Below, one piece after another: positions 8,291-18,611 of a stretch of 64,000 nt of DNA. The position numbers and the translations under genes are program-made. The notes under the pieces were generated by a model that saw only the letters and a program-made list of their open reading frames with translations, was not told the origin of the DNA and searched no databases. Numbering within the stretch: position 1 is the first letter of the stretch; each line of letters begins with the position of its first letter. Source of the DNA: an uncultured Verrucomicrobiae bacterium (lineage in GTDB: Bacteria; Verrucomicrobiota; Verrucomicrobiia; Chthoniobacterales; Xiphinematobacteraceae); assembly GCA_963706715.1 (NCBI GenBank), contig CAVPNI010000002.1, forward strand, positions 448,001 through 512,000, given 5' to 3'.

Positions 8291-10276
8291 CTACTTTAAT
8301 GACTTTGCCGCTTCAACTACCGCCTCGGCCGTCATTCCTAATTCTTTGAATACTGCCGTCCCAGGCGCACTCAGCCCAAACCGGTTTATGGCTACCGTCT
8401 TACCATCCAGCCCAACATAGCGGAACCAAGTGTCGCTAACTCCAGCTTCTATGGAAACCCGCCGCCGTACTCCCTGAGGCAGTACTTTTTCTCGATATTC
8501 AGGTGATTGCCGCTCAAACCGTTCGAAGCAAGGCATTGAAACCACCCTGGTACCAGGCCCTAGCTGTTCGGACGCCTGCAACGCCAGTTGAAGTTCGCTA
8601 CCTGAGGCCAGGAGAATGAGATCCAAACCGGCTGTTTCTTTTTTCGCAATATAACCACCTAAAAGCACGCCCTTTCTCCTGTCTTCCACCGGGATTTGAT
8701 TTAAGTTTGGCACATTTTGACGGGTCAAGGCCAATAGAGTCGGTCCATCTTGACGGGAAAACGCTGCTGCGAATGCACCCGCAGTTTCCTCCGGATCAGC
8801 CGGACGAATCACATCCAAATTGGGAATGCAACGAAGTGCGGATACTGTTTCCACGGGTTCGTGCGTCGGTCCATCCTCTCCCACCCCAACGGAATCGTGG
8901 GTGAAAATATAAACAACAGGCAGATGAGATAAGGCTGCTAAACGGATAGAGGGACGCCCATAATCACTAAACACCAGAAATGTGGCTCCGCTCGCACGGA
9001 AAATTCCATCGTAGGCAATGCCGTTCAAAATGCCGCACATGGCATGCTCGCGAATTCCAAAATGCAAATTGCGTCCTTGCCGGTTCTCCCGATTAAAGTC
9101 TCCTCCGTCTTGGATATAATTGAGCGTCGAACCATGGAGATCCGCACTACCACTCATCAAGAGTGGAAGAGACTTGGCTATCGGTTGAAGCACTTCGCTG
9201 CCCGCTTTTCGGGTTGCAATAGTGACCGAAGAATCAAAAACCGGAATTTGCGCCAGCAGATCAGGAACGTCTCCTTTTAATGCACGGTCAAGAAGAGCAG
9301 CCAGATCGCTATTAGCTGCACGCCAACCTTTATAAGTTTTTTTCCACTCCTCATAATGGCAACGCAATTTTTCTCTGCGCTGCGCAAAGTACTGCCTAGT
9401 TTCCGGGGAAACATAAAAAGTTTCGTCGGGAAGCCCCAATCCCTTGCGAGCTTCAGCCGTAAATTTAACACCAGCTTCTCCATGTGCTTTATTCGTACCG
9501 CAAACCTCCGGAATTCCTTTACCGATCAATGTCTTCGCAATAATAAACTGAGGCTTACCGGACTCCGAAAATTTGGCCTTGTTAAAAACTTCCAAAAATT
9601 CCTGCATATTGTGCCCGTCAACTTCATAGACATCCCAGCCTAAAGCACGATAGTGCCCCGCCGTGTCCTCACTTTGGGTCACCGGAGCCATCGCATCCAA
9701 CGTCACATTGTTGCTGTCATAAATCATGATCAAATTGTCAAGACGGAGGTGCGCCGCCAGTGCGGAGGCTTCCTGACCAATTCCTTCCTGAAGACAACCA
9801 TCTCCCGCCAGGACAACAACATGGTGATCAAAAATACAATGTTGTGGGGTGTTAAAATGAGCTTCGGCCATTTTCCCGGCAATAGCGTATCCAACTCCGT
9901 TGGCTATTCCTTGACCCAAGGGACCCGTAGTAGCTTCGATTCCAGGCGTTTCACGAAATTCAGGATGCCCGGGAGTGATGCAATGAAGGGAGCGAAATCG
10001 CTTGATATCCTCAATACTAATCGCAAATCCGGAAAGATGTAACCACCCGTAAAGAAACATACTCCCGTGGCCGGCAGAAAGGACAAATCGATCCCGATTC
10101 AACCACTTTGGATCGCCCGGATAAATTGAAAGGGCTTCACCAAAAAGAACAGCCCCCATTTCAGCGGTACCCAGTGGAAGCCCGAGGTGACCGGACTTGC
10201 ACACCGTCACCGCATCCATTGCAAGACCGCGGGCATCACGAGCCGCTATTTCGAGGGATCGAACATCAATTGACAT
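8291..10276 (-). CDS. tkt: Transketolase
   Basis: [22 protein letters not shown] ThDP motif, [21 protein letters not shown]. Confidence 0.97.
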   Translation of the reverse strand: MSIDVRSLEIAARDARGLAMDAVTVCKSGHLGLPLGTAEMGAVLFGEALSIYPGDPKWLNRDRFVLSAGHGSMFLYGWLHLSGFAISIEDIKRFRSLHCITPGHPEFRETPGIEATTGPLGQGIANGVGYAIAGKMAEAHFNTPQHCIFDHHVVVLAGDGCLQEGIGQEASALAAHLRLDNLIMIYDSNNVTLDAMAPVTQSEDTAGHYRALGWDVYEVDGHNMQEFLEVFNKAKFSESGKPQFIIAKTLIGKGIPEVCGTNKAHGEAGVKFTAEARKGLGLPDETFYVSPETRQYFAQRREKLRCHYEEWKKTYKGWRAANSDLAALLDRALKGDVPDLLAQIPVFDSSVTIATRKAGSEVLQPIAKSLPLLMSGSADLHGSTLNYIQDGGDFNRENRQGRNLHFGIREHAMCGILNGIAYDGIFRASGATFLVFSDYGRPSIRLAALSHLPVVYIFTHDSVGVGEDGPTHEPVETVSALRCIPNLDVIRPADPEETAGAFAAAFSRQDGPTLLALTRQNVPNLNQIPVEDRRKGVLLGGYIAKKETAGLDLILLASGSELQLALQASEQLGPGTRVVSMPCFERFERQSPEYREKVLPQGVRRRVSIEAGVSDTWFRYVGLDGKTVAINRFGLSAPGTAVFKELGMTAEAVVEAAKSLK

Positions 10277-10409
10277 AAGCTTTTATTTATAAGTTGTTAA
10301 AATTTAATCTGAAAATGGTTGCGTTACCGCGATATCCTGTGAGGCAAAGTGAATATTTCTTTTTCCACATTTTAGGACATAGAATTCCATCGACCACTTT
10401 AATATAATA

Positions 10410-11333
10410 CTAGGCATCACGTGGAAAAAGCTCTTTTTGAGCCGCTCTTGGATTGTGCTCGGCTTCTCTTTTCACTTCGGTCAGTAGAGATTTAAATTCA
10501 TACCTCTCGAGTTTCTCAATCAATTGGGAAAACTGTGGTCGAATCCGTAAGTCTTTCACCGGGCGAGGCAGAGGGAGATCCAGATCGAGCCGAACCATCT
10601 CTCGATTTTGAAGAATGCGTTCTCGCGCGGCATCCAACTTTTTCCGGAGATTCTCATTCTTTACTTCCTTCAAATTCGCCAAAAGATCACTCACCTTACC
10701 GTGCTGACGAACCAATTCCGTCGCCGTCTTGGGTCCTATCCCTTCCACCCCAAAAATATTGTCGGATGCGTCACCTGTTAACGCGAGCACTTCGCCAATA
10801 TGTACTGGCGGGACTCCCCATTTTTTAAAAACATCTCCCTCTCCCAATAAAGCACAAGAATCCGAAGGAGCCACTAAATCCGCTTTATTGGTGGAATAGA
10901 TAAAGACACCCGGCCGTACCAACTGAAAAAGGTCTTTGTCGTTGGTGGCAATATCCACTTCAATCCCAATAGCAGCCGCAGCCTCGGCGTAACAGGCTAT
11001 CAGATCGTCCGCTTCCACCTCTGAGATACTGAGGCTGGCCAGACCGAGAAGTGGACAAATTTCTTGGATCAGAGGTTCCTGGCGGCGTAGGTCTTCCGGC
11101 ATTTCGGCTCGATGCTGTTTATACGTCGATTGCAGTGCTATTCTCCGTGCCGGAGGACCTGAGTCCCAGATTACCGCTCCCAATTCCGGCCGAAGATCCG
11201 CCAGCATACGGCGTACTGCTCGCACAAATCCGTAGATAGCATTAGTAGGCTCTCCCCGCGAGTTCTGAAGATTCCTGATCGCATGAAAGGAACGATAAAT
11301 ATAGTAGTGACCATCAATAAGAAGAAGACGCAT
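10410..11333 (-). CDS. Stand-alone 5'-3' exonuclease / flap endonuclease (PolA N-terminal-like)
   Basis: MRLLLIDGH, EADDLIA, DKDLFQL, GDASDNIFGVEGIGPKTA; no polymerase domain. Start moved to MRLLL. Confidence 0.9.
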   Translation of the reverse strand: MRLLLIDGHYYIYRSFHAIRNLQNSRGEPTNAIYGFVRAVRRMLADLRPELGAVIWDSGPPARRIALQSTYKQHRAEMPEDLRRQEPLIQEICPLLGLASLSISEVEADDLIACYAEAAAAIGIEVDIATNDKDLFQLVRPGVFIYSTNKADLVAPSDSCALLGEGDVFKKWGVPPVHIGEVLALTGDASDNIFGVEGIGPKTATELVRQHGKVSDLLANLKEVKNENLRKKLDAARERILQNREMVRLDLDLPLPRPVKDLRIRPQFSQLIEKLERYEFKSLLTEVKREAEHNPRAAQKELFPRDA

Positions 11334-11345
11334 TCGTTTAAACAA

Positions 11346-11416
11346 TTTGTAGCTCAAAAAGATGTTTGTTTGCAATTTTTGCTTCTAAAAGAAACTGACG
11401 AAGTCAGCGAAGTCAG
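11346..11416 (-). repeat. Palindromic element, copy C (half copy)
   Basis: tttgtagctcaaaaagatgtttgtttgcaatttttgcttctaaaagaaactgacgaagtcagcgaagtcag. Confidence 0.75.
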
Positions 11417-11456
11417 TTGACGCTTGGGGTCAATTTCCCATACTTTGCGCTCCTTG

Positions 11457-12665
11457 ATGCAGTTACGTGCCCCGCTTATTTTCACCCTGTTTTTGCTGTT
11501 TGCAGCATCTCCGGTGCTGCATGCCGCCACGGAACACGGTGCCCCGGAATCCGGAGAAACTTCCAAACGGAAGAAGGATACCGATCGAATCACCCAACCC
11601 CTTACTTCGAGCAGCGAGGCGGCTGCCCTGTTGAAGCAAGCAATCCAAGACGAACAGTCTGGAAACACTGCTCAAGCAATCAAGGGGTACCGTTACATTG
11701 TGAAGAATTATATTTTTGCTCAGGAAGCACCGCAGGCTCAATTCTTACTTGCCAAGCTATTCAAAAAGCAAGGACGCTTGCAACGGTCATTCGACGCTTT
11801 TCAGGCTCTCATCACACGCTACCCAGAAGCGAAACAATTCGATGAATCGATCGCAGAACAGATCAATATCGCAAACTGCTACATGGAAAAGCGAAATCAG
11901 GCTTTTCTCAACGTGTTGATATCGAATTTTGAAATTGCTCAACACATGTACGAGAAAATCCTGGCTTCCGCTCCTTTCGGACGATATGCCCCGATCGTTC
12001 AATTTAATTTGGGCCTTACCTATGAACGTCAAGGTCGCGTACAAGACGCTGTTCAAGCCTACCAAACTTTAATTGATAAATATCCAAATAGCAGCGTCGT
12101 AAGCAATGCACAGTACCAAATAGCCTACGTGTACATGCGAGTAGGCCTTAGCAAAAATTCGCAGGACCTTTCCGCCCTCTCACAAGCTCAAGACTACTTT
12201 CAAGACTATACACTACAATACGGAAATAACGAACACGCTACTCAGGTACGAAAAAATCTAAAAGATATCGACGAGAGGGAATCGATTAACATCTATAATA
12301 TCGCCAGATATTACGACCACGATCGCAATTATCAAGCAGCGTATACTTATTATAACGAAGTCATCCGGCGCCAGCCTTCCTCTCCCCAAGCCGTCTTAGC
12401 AAAAACACGAATCGAAGCCATTCGGAGTGCAGTGGGTGACGATGAGTTAAGGACAGGTCCCGATAAAGCTCAAACGGGCAGGATGGCTGCATTGCGTCGC
12501 CGAATGCAAGCGCAGGTGGAAACTCAGGGGCTGTCCGATTATGCCGGACCTCCGAAGAAAGATGTGATTCCCGATGAGTTGCCCGTCACCAAACCTAAAA
12601 TGCGCACCGGCGAACGCGAAATCCAACCTCTCGCTCCACCCGAACCACCTCTCCCGCATCCATGA
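11457..12665 (+). CDS. bamD: Outer membrane protein assembly factor BamD-like TPR protein
   Basis: Signal peptide, multiple TPRs, IARYYD...AAYTYY motif; adjacent to an lptE-like gene. Confidence 0.7.
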   Translation: MQLRAPLIFTLFLLFAASPVLHAATEHGAPESGETSKRKKDTDRITQPLTSSSEAAALLKQAIQDEQSGNTAQAIKGYRYIVKNYIFAQEAPQAQFLLAKLFKKQGRLQRSFDAFQALITRYPEAKQFDESIAEQINIANCYMEKRNQAFLNVLISNFEIAQHMYEKILASAPFGRYAPIVQFNLGLTYERQGRVQDAVQAYQTLIDKYPNSSVVSNAQYQIAYVYMRVGLSKNSQDLSALSQAQDYFQDYTLQYGNNEHATQVRKNLKDIDERESINIYNIARYYDHDRNYQAAYTYYNEVIRRQPSSPQAVLAKTRIEAIRSAVGDDELRTGPDKAQTGRMAALRRRMQAQVETQGLSDYAGPPKKDVIPDELPVTKPKMRTGEREIQPLAPPEPPLPHP

Positions 12666-13186
12666 GACAGACTTTTTCTCTCCTAGTCCTTTTTGCCCTC
12701 ACCAGTTGCTACCAATTGGGCGAAATTCGCCCCACTGCTATGCGTGCGGTTCACGCGCTAGCAATCCCTTCTTTTCGCAACAGTACGCTCCTTCCTCGGA
12801 CGGAGGTTTTACTGGCAGACATTACCATCCGCATGTTTCAAAATGACGGGACCTACCGAATTGTGCCGGAAGAACAAGCTGATGCCATCCTGCAATGCAA
12901 ATTAGTCGCGGTCTCACGTTCACCCATTCTTTCATCGACCACCAATATCTTTCAAACTCAACAATTTCAGCTTCAAATACAGGTTCAATATCAGGTCATC
13001 AATCGAATCACGGGCTCGGTTCTACAAGCAGGCAATGCAAATGGCGAGACGACCTACTTTGTGGGAGCTGACCGTTCATCTACCTTTGTCGGAACTGACC
13101 TGACGTCCGACGAGAGACAAGCTTTACCATTGGCAGCGCGTTCCATGGCTACTTCACTTATGGGGCAGCTCACACAGGGCTGGTAG
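12662..13186 (+). CDS. lptE: LPS assembly lipoprotein LptE-like
   Basis: Lipobox LTSC-YQLG, AIPSFRN, ADAILQ and a C-terminal helix ending in W. Confidence 0.7.
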   Translation: MRQTFSLLVLFALTSCYQLGEIRPTAMRAVHALAIPSFRNSTLLPRTEVLLADITIRMFQNDGTYRIVPEEQADAILQCKLVAVSRSPILSSTTNIFQTQQFQLQIQVQYQVINRITGSVLQAGNANGETTYFVGADRSSTFVGTDLTSDERQALPLAARSMATSLMGQLTQGW

Positions 13187-13189
13187 TCT

Positions 13190-13852
13190 ATGCTCACTAT
13201 TATTCCCACACCTATTGGGAATTTGGAGGATATCACCCTGCGAGCGATCCGTTCTTTACGTGAAGCAGACTATATTGCAGTGGAGGACACCAGGCATGCT
13301 TCCATTCTTTTGCGACATTTGAAAATTTTCAAACCGCTTGTCAGCTTTCATGAACATAATGAGGCCGCACGGAGTGCGGAATTAATCGGTCGCCTGAAAA
13401 GCGGCTTCCAAATCGCGTTAATCAGCGATGCCGGAACGCCGGGCATTTCAGATCCGGGGAGCCGATTAATACGTCTTTGTATTACAGAAAACCTGCCTTT
13501 TACCGTCCTGCCAGGCCCTTCCGCAATACCCACCGCATTAGTCGGCTCAGGCTTTCCTGCAGAAAAATTTTATTTTGGAGGCTTCCTGCCTAACAAATCG
13601 GGCCAACGCTCCATGGAATTGCAGCGAGCAATCAGCCGGTCGGAAACATCCATTTATTTTGAGTCACCTCACCGGCTGATCAAGTCGCTCACAGCTCTTG
13701 TGGAAATTGCTCCACAAATCTCGATCTGTGTGGCGCGAGAACTCTCTAAGAAATTTGAAGAATATCGCCGTGGATGCGCAGCGGAAGTTTTAGATCACTT
13801 CGTCCATCACCCCCCAAAAGGAGAAATCGTTCTTTTAATTCGAGCGTCCTAA
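13190..13852 (+). CDS. rsmI: 16S rRNA C1402 2'-O-methyltransferase
   Basis: PTPIGNLEDIT, EDTR, SDAGTPGISDPG, FESPHR, RELSKKFEE. Confidence 0.96.
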   Translation: MLTIIPTPIGNLEDITLRAIRSLREADYIAVEDTRHASILLRHLKIFKPLVSFHEHNEAARSAELIGRLKSGFQIALISDAGTPGISDPGSRLIRLCITENLPFTVLPGPSAIPTALVGSGFPAEKFYFGGFLPNKSGQRSMELQRAISRSETSIYFESPHRLIKSLTALVEIAPQISICVARELSKKFEEYRRGCAAEVLDHFVHHPPKGEIVLLIRAS

Positions 13853-14052
13853 AGAACACCGAACCGGCATGTAACCTTTTGAGTTTGATTCCGTAGATCA
13901 GTATTTTGGAGAATGTTCCCATATTCAACTATCTATATGGAACACTCTCGATACCACAGTTTAAACATCAAAATCGAAGTTGTTGTCATGCCATATCAGA
14001 GTCCGTTTGTGCAATGCCTATGACCTCTCGATTTGGTATTAATCATCAATCC

Positions 14053-15048
14053 CTAAATCAGCAATTCCGCGATTTGGACGGCATTTAGAGCAGCTCCTTT
14101 GAGTAATTGATCTCCACAGACCCAAAATGCCAGCCCATTATCCAAAGCACAGTCTACACGCAGCCGTCCGACTTCGCAGGTGTCTTTGCCTTCGACATCG
14201 AGTGGAACCGGGTAGAGGGTCCCGTCATCCAGGAGCCTGATGCCGGAGGCCTTTAGCAGTGCGGCGCGAGCAGTATCGAGTGAAACTGGCTTTTCAAATT
14301 CTGCCGAAACCGCAACCGAATGTGCGCGATAGACAGGAACTCGAACACAAGTGAGAGATGCTCGAAATTGAGGAAGGTGCATAATACGACGCCCTTCATC
14401 CTGCATTTTCATTTCTTCTTTCGTGTAACCAGAGTCGAGAAATGAATCGACATGCGGAATCACGTTGAAAGCAATCTGACGAGGATAAATCCGCTTTTCC
14501 ACTTCCTCGCCCTTTCCAATGGAACGGACTTGCTGCTCCAGCTCCTGGATTGCCTGAGCCCCAGACCCCGAGACCGCTTGATAACTCGAAGCAAAAACAC
14601 GCTTCACGCCAAATGCGCAATGAAGGGGATACAGCCCCATCAGTACAATTGCAGCCGTACAATTTGGATTAGCAATAATTCCGCGATGCTTTCGGACATC
14701 CGCCGCATTAATTTCCGGAATCACCAAAGGTACCTCCGGGTCCGCCCGAAAGGCTGAGGAATTATCAATAACTATTGCGCCGGATTGCACGGCGATACCT
14801 GCGTACTGCCGAGAAATTTCTCCGTTCGCACTAAAAAAAGCAAAATCGACCCCATCAAAAGCCTCCTCATTTAATTCTTGAACTGTAACCTTCTGATTTT
14901 CAAATTGTAGAGATCGATCGGCCGATCGCGAGGATGCAAATAAACTCAACTTGGAAATGGGAAAACGTCGCCGCTCCAATACCCGAATCATTTCCAACCC
15001 CACTGCCCCAGTGGCTCCTACAATCGCGACGTGAAATGCCTTCCTCAT
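14053..15048 (-). CDS. asd: Aspartate-semialdehyde dehydrogenase
   Basis: GATGAVG, DNSSAFR, ANPNCT, YQAVSGSG, KGAALNAVQIAE. Confidence 0.97.
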   Translation of the reverse strand: MRKAFHVAIVGATGAVGLEMIRVLERRRFPISKLSLFASSRSADRSLQFENQKVTVQELNEEAFDGVDFAFFSANGEISRQYAGIAVQSGAIVIDNSSAFRADPEVPLVIPEINAADVRKHRGIIANPNCTAAIVLMGLYPLHCAFGVKRVFASSYQAVSGSGAQAIQELEQQVRSIGKGEEVEKRIYPRQIAFNVIPHVDSFLDSGYTKEEMKMQDEGRRIMHLPQFRASLTCVRVPVYRAHSVAVSAEFEKPVSLDTARAALLKASGIRLLDDGTLYPVPLDVEGKDTCEVGRLRVDCALDNGLAFWVCGDQLLKGAALNAVQIAELLI

Positions 15049-15113
15049 ATTTTAAATTACCAAGTGATGTTACGCAAAAAAAGGGAACCTTGTTGGCCAA
15101 AATGGTTTTTTTG

Positions 15114-15152
15114 CTCCCAGAGCTCCTAAAGGTGCGTAACGTGATTTACCAA
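15114..15152. repeat. 39-bp repeat shared with 8182-8220
   Basis: Near-identical to 8182-8220. Confidence 0.75.
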
Positions 15153-15194
15153 AAATAATCTAATGGGGCAACTTGCCAAAGGAATTTTTCTTCG

Positions 15195-15695
15195 ATGAAT
15201 ACAGTACCTTCTTCTCAATGTGAGGAAATGAGATTTTTAATGGTGTCAGTCCCTGAGCAAAAAATGCAGTTGCGTCAAGGGGAGCGGATTGTAGCCACAT
15301 ACACTATTTCCACTTCAAGATTCGGTCTCGGCTTCCGCAAAGATAGCTTCAAAACCCCTCTGGGGCGTTTCTATATACACGCAAAAATTGGACATGGTGC
15401 CGCTCCGGGGGAAATTTTTCGAGGCCGACTACCTACGGGGGTCATTGCTTCTCAAGGAGGAGAAGAAGACTTGGTCACCACCCGCATTCTTTGGCTTGGA
15501 GGGTTGGACGCAGAAAACGCTAATACAAAAGATCGCTACATCTACATCCATGGGACTAATCAGGAACATCTTCTAGGCCAACCCGCCAGTCACGGCTGCA
15601 TTCGCATGAACAATATGGAAATTTTAGAATTGTTTGATCGCCTCAAGACCAACGATTCCGTCATCATTTTGAACACAAAATTTCCTTCTCGGTGA
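15195..15695 (+). CDS. L,D-transpeptidase (YkuD family)
   Basis: TPLGRF, IYIHGT, ASHGCIRM catalytic motif. Confidence 0.92.
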   Translation: MNTVPSSQCEEMRFLMVSVPEQKMQLRQGERIVATYTISTSRFGLGFRKDSFKTPLGRFYIHAKIGHGAAPGEIFRGRLPTGVIASQGGEEDLVTTRILWLGGLDAENANTKDRYIYIHGTNQEHLLGQPASHGCIRMNNMEILELFDRLKTNDSVIILNTKFPSR

Positions 15696-15815
15696 TCTAT
15701 TTAAAGTCATCTCAAACATTCGATCTATCGATAATAGTAAATTTTTCGTTGTAAGCCATAAGGGATTCGCCAGAATACGCTCCACGCAACCAGCGAAGAA
15801 AGGGGGGGAGAAAAA

Positions 15816-15938
15816 TTGAAGTTCGTTAAGATGACTGCTATCATCGCCATCGCCGGCGCCGCTTTAGGTCTTGGCGCATGTGCAAAACCAAAACCACAGG
15901 TGCAGCCAGCACCAGCTACTATTGGCACTTCTAAGTAG
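15816..15938 (+). CDS. Small 40-aa lipoprotein (absent from the ORF track)
   Basis: Purine-rich RBS (aggggggag), TTG start, MKFVKMTAIIAIAGAALGLGACAKPKPQVQPAPATIGTSK*, lipobox LGAC, downstream hairpin. Confidence 0.75.
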   Translation: MKFVKMTAIIAIAGAALGLGACAKPKPQVQPAPATIGTSK

Positions 15939-16039
15939 TGCCAACCGCACTCAAGCTAGACCAACGCCTTTAGGCATTTCTAACGCTTGAGTTTGAATCG
16001 TCTGCAACACGTTTTAAAACTGTTCGGATCAATGATTCA

Positions 16040-16069
16040 ACCGGACGTTTCTTTTCAGAAACGTCCGGT
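16040..16069. terminator. Hairpin between convergent genes (putative bidirectional terminator)
   Basis: accggacgtttct-tttc-agaaacgtccggt forms a perfect stem. Confidence 0.65.
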
Positions 16070-16081
16070 AGCCCCCCATGT

Positions 16082-16666
16082 TCATGACAGAGGCACTACC
16101 CCAGGACGTACGCTCAAATGAGGACTATCAGCGGCAACAAATCTCCACGGATAATCAACCGCGGTGGAAATACCAATCCGTGGACATTGCTGTAAGATTT
16201 TTGGCGACGGACCTAAATAAAATGAATAACAAGGATCGGAACACAAATCGCGTCCGTGATCCTCACCTTGAATTCCAAAAGCTTGCGTCAGCTTGCCAGG
16301 ACCGGAACACAACTGGGTGAGCGGTGTGAAGGCCGCACGCTTACGATTGATTCGCATCGCTTCAATCCCAGTTTTGGGATCGAGCGCACGGATTAAGACA
16401 AATCCGGAGCGCTTGCCTTTAACAAGCACGTTGAACATCCAATGGATACCGTAATTTAGATACACATAGGCGACACCCGCTTCGTGGGTAGCAACAAATG
16501 TGCGTGCCGAAGAACGAAAAAACGTGTGACAGGCAGGATCATCTTCACCGTCGTAAGCCTCGGTTTCGACAATACAGCCGGAAAAATTCCCCCATCGTAA
16601 AGTGCTCCCTATAAGCTCTCTAGAGCATTCGAGCGGAGACCTACTGAAAAACTCTCTTCCTATCAT
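16082..16666 (-). CDS. mpg: DNA-3-methyladenine glycosylase (MPG/AAG family)
   Basis: IVETEAY, YVYLNYGIH, VLIRAL, SGPGKLTQA, RIGIS; start overlaps the upstream stop (ATGA). Confidence 0.93.
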   Translation of the reverse strand: MIGREFFSRSPLECSRELIGSTLRWGNFSGCIVETEAYDGEDDPACHTFFRSSARTFVATHEAGVAYVYLNYGIHWMFNVLVKGKRSGFVLIRALDPKTGIEAMRINRKRAAFTPLTQLCSGPGKLTQAFGIQGEDHGRDLCSDPCYSFYLGPSPKILQQCPRIGISTAVDYPWRFVAADSPHLSVRPGVVPLS

Positions 16667-17418
16667 CTGCCCGTTGGATGGTCGATAAATAGCCATGGTA
16701 CCTCAAAGCGATCCGAAATATGCTGTGCAATAGCTTTAACTCCAAACGTTTCAGTAGCATAATGCCCGGCATACACCAAATTGATATGCGCCTCCTCGGC
16801 AGCGGTATAAGTCCAATGCGGTCCCTCACCCGTAATCAACGTGTCCACTCCCTCGGCCGCAACTTGAGCCACCTGGCTTCCGGCGCCTCCTGTAACTATC
16901 CCAATGGATTCGCAAATTTCGGGTCCTCCGGCAGAAAACTGCACAGGTCCCCCCACAGCCAATTCCACACGCCTTAATAGTTCTCCACGGTTTATTTTTG
17001 CCTTAACGCGGACCCCGATAGGCACACCAAACGTTTCCAAAAAAGGCTCATATTCAAAAAATCCGCAACTGCGCGCTAAGAGGACATTATTGCCATATTC
17101 GGGATGAGCATCGAGAGGAAGGTGAATGCTGTAAATAGCAAGATTTCCGGAAATTACAGCTCTCATTTTTCTATAAGTTGCATTTACATAACGACTAACA
17201 CCTCCCCACAGCAACCCATGGTGTACGATGAGTAGAGAGACCTCTTCTTGGAGCGCCTGATTAATCACGGCCTCGCAAGCATCGACGGCAGCTGCAATTT
17301 TTTTCACCGCGCCGCTATTTTCGACCTGAAGCCCATTGTGCGCACCGGGGTAATCCTTGAAAGTCTCAACAAAAAAAAGATCATCAAGGTAGGCCGTAAC
17401 TTCCTGAAGGCGGGTCAT
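16663..17418 (-). CDS. Nif3-like dinuclear metal centre protein (YbgI family)
   Basis: NGLQV, VHHGL, HLPLDAHPEYGNN, GHYATE. Confidence 0.93.
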   Translation of the reverse strand: MTRLQEVTAYLDDLFFVETFKDYPGAHNGLQVENSGAVKKIAAAVDACEAVINQALQEEVSLLIVHHGLLWGGVSRYVNATYRKMRAVISGNLAIYSIHLPLDAHPEYGNNVLLARSCGFFEYEPFLETFGVPIGVRVKAKINRGELLRRVELAVGGPVQFSAGGPEICESIGIVTGGAGSQVAQVAAEGVDTLITGEGPHWTYTAAEEAHINLVYAGHYATETFGVKAIAQHISDRFEVPWLFIDHPTGR

Positions 17419-17492
17419 CCAACTATTTTCAATAGTACGAAGAGCTATTCAAGTATTGTGTAACTGGGGCCTGCCGCTAATTTAGAGATTCT

Positions 17493-18611
17493 ATGCTTAA
17501 AGCCGGTATCGTCGGGCTGCCCAATGTTGGCAAGTCGACCCTTTTCAATGCGCTCACTCGAACTCGCAAAGCTCAGGCCGCTAATTTTCCTTTCTGCACC
17601 ATTGAACCCAATGTTGGAATTGTAAACGTACCTGATCCTCGCTTGGAAACTCTGGCGAAAATTGCAAAATCCGAAAGAATACTTCCAGCAACCATTGAAT
17701 TCGTGGATATTGCTGGGCTCGTTAAGGGAGCCAGTGAAGGAGAAGGGCTCGGCAACCAATTTCTCAGTCATATTCGAGAGGTTGACGCCATTGTACAAGT
17801 GGTCCGCTGTTTTGAAAATCCGGATATTCACCACGTAAGCGGCACCGTCGATCCCGTGCGTGATATTGAAGTCATCAATATGGAGTTGATTTTCGCGGAT
17901 ATTGCCTCTTTACAGAAAAGGAAAGACCGGCTTCAAAAGGGTACTCGAGCAGGAGATAAAATCGCAAAAGCGGAACTTCATCTTGTGGAAAAACTCATCC
18001 CGCATTTGGATTCAGGCCGACCGGCCTCAACGCTGGACCTCCCTACGGAGGAAAAAACCCTTCTCCGTTCCTTGTTTTTACTCAGTTCCAAGCCGGCCCT
18101 ATTTGCTTGCAATGTGCGGGAAGAAGATCTGGCAGATCCGGAAAATTGTCAGGCCACTCCATTTCTTCGCGCTGTTTCTGATTACGTCTCCACCCATTTA
18201 AATACTCGAGCGGTGGTTATTAGCGCTCAAATCGAAAGCGAACTTGCGGAGCTTCCTTCCGAGGAGGCCAAGGAATTTCTGGCTGGGCTAGGCGTTACGG
18301 ATAGCGGCGTGGGAGAGCTGATTCGTACGGTCTATCGTTTCCTGGGTCTTCGGACCTACTTCACAATAGGCCCCAAGGAAACACGCGCTTGGACCATCCA
18401 CGCAGGTGACAAGGCACCTGCCGCAGCTGGCGTCATTCATTCGGACTTCGAACGGGGTTTTATTGCAGCGGAAACCGTCTCCTACGAAGATCTGATTCAA
18501 CTCGGATCTTCGCCCAAAGCCCGTGAGGCTGGGCGACTTCGGATTGAAGGAAAGGATTATGTGGTCCTTGATGGAGATGTTATGGAATTCCGTTTTAACG
18601 TATCACCGTGA
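17493..18611 (+). CDS. ychF: Ribosome-binding ATPase YchF
   Basis: GLPNVGKST, NFPFCTIEPN, DIAGLV, TGS domain. Confidence 0.97.
   Translation: MLKAGIVGLPNVGKSTLFNALTRTRKAQAANFPFCTIEPNVGIVNVPDPRLETLAKIAKSERILPATIEFVDIAGLVKGASEGEGLGNQFLSHIREVDAIVQVVRCFENPDIHHVSGTVDPVRDIEVINMELIFADIASLQKRKDRLQKGTRAGDKIAKAELHLVEKLIPHLDSGRPASTLDLPTEEKTLLRSLFLLSSKPALFACNVREEDLADPENCQATPFLRAVSDYVSTHLNTRAVVISAQIESELAELPSEEAKEFLAGLGVTDSGVGELIRTVYRFLGLRTYFTIGPKETRAWTIHAGDKAPAAAGVIHSDFERGFIAAETVSYEDLIQLGSSPKAREAGRLRIEGKDYVVLDGDVMEFRFNVSP

Noticed and set aside
13853..14052. Possible IS5/IS982 transposase scrap on the minus strand (SDMA..TTSILMFKLWYR)
   Set aside because: Too short and frameshifted to support without a search.
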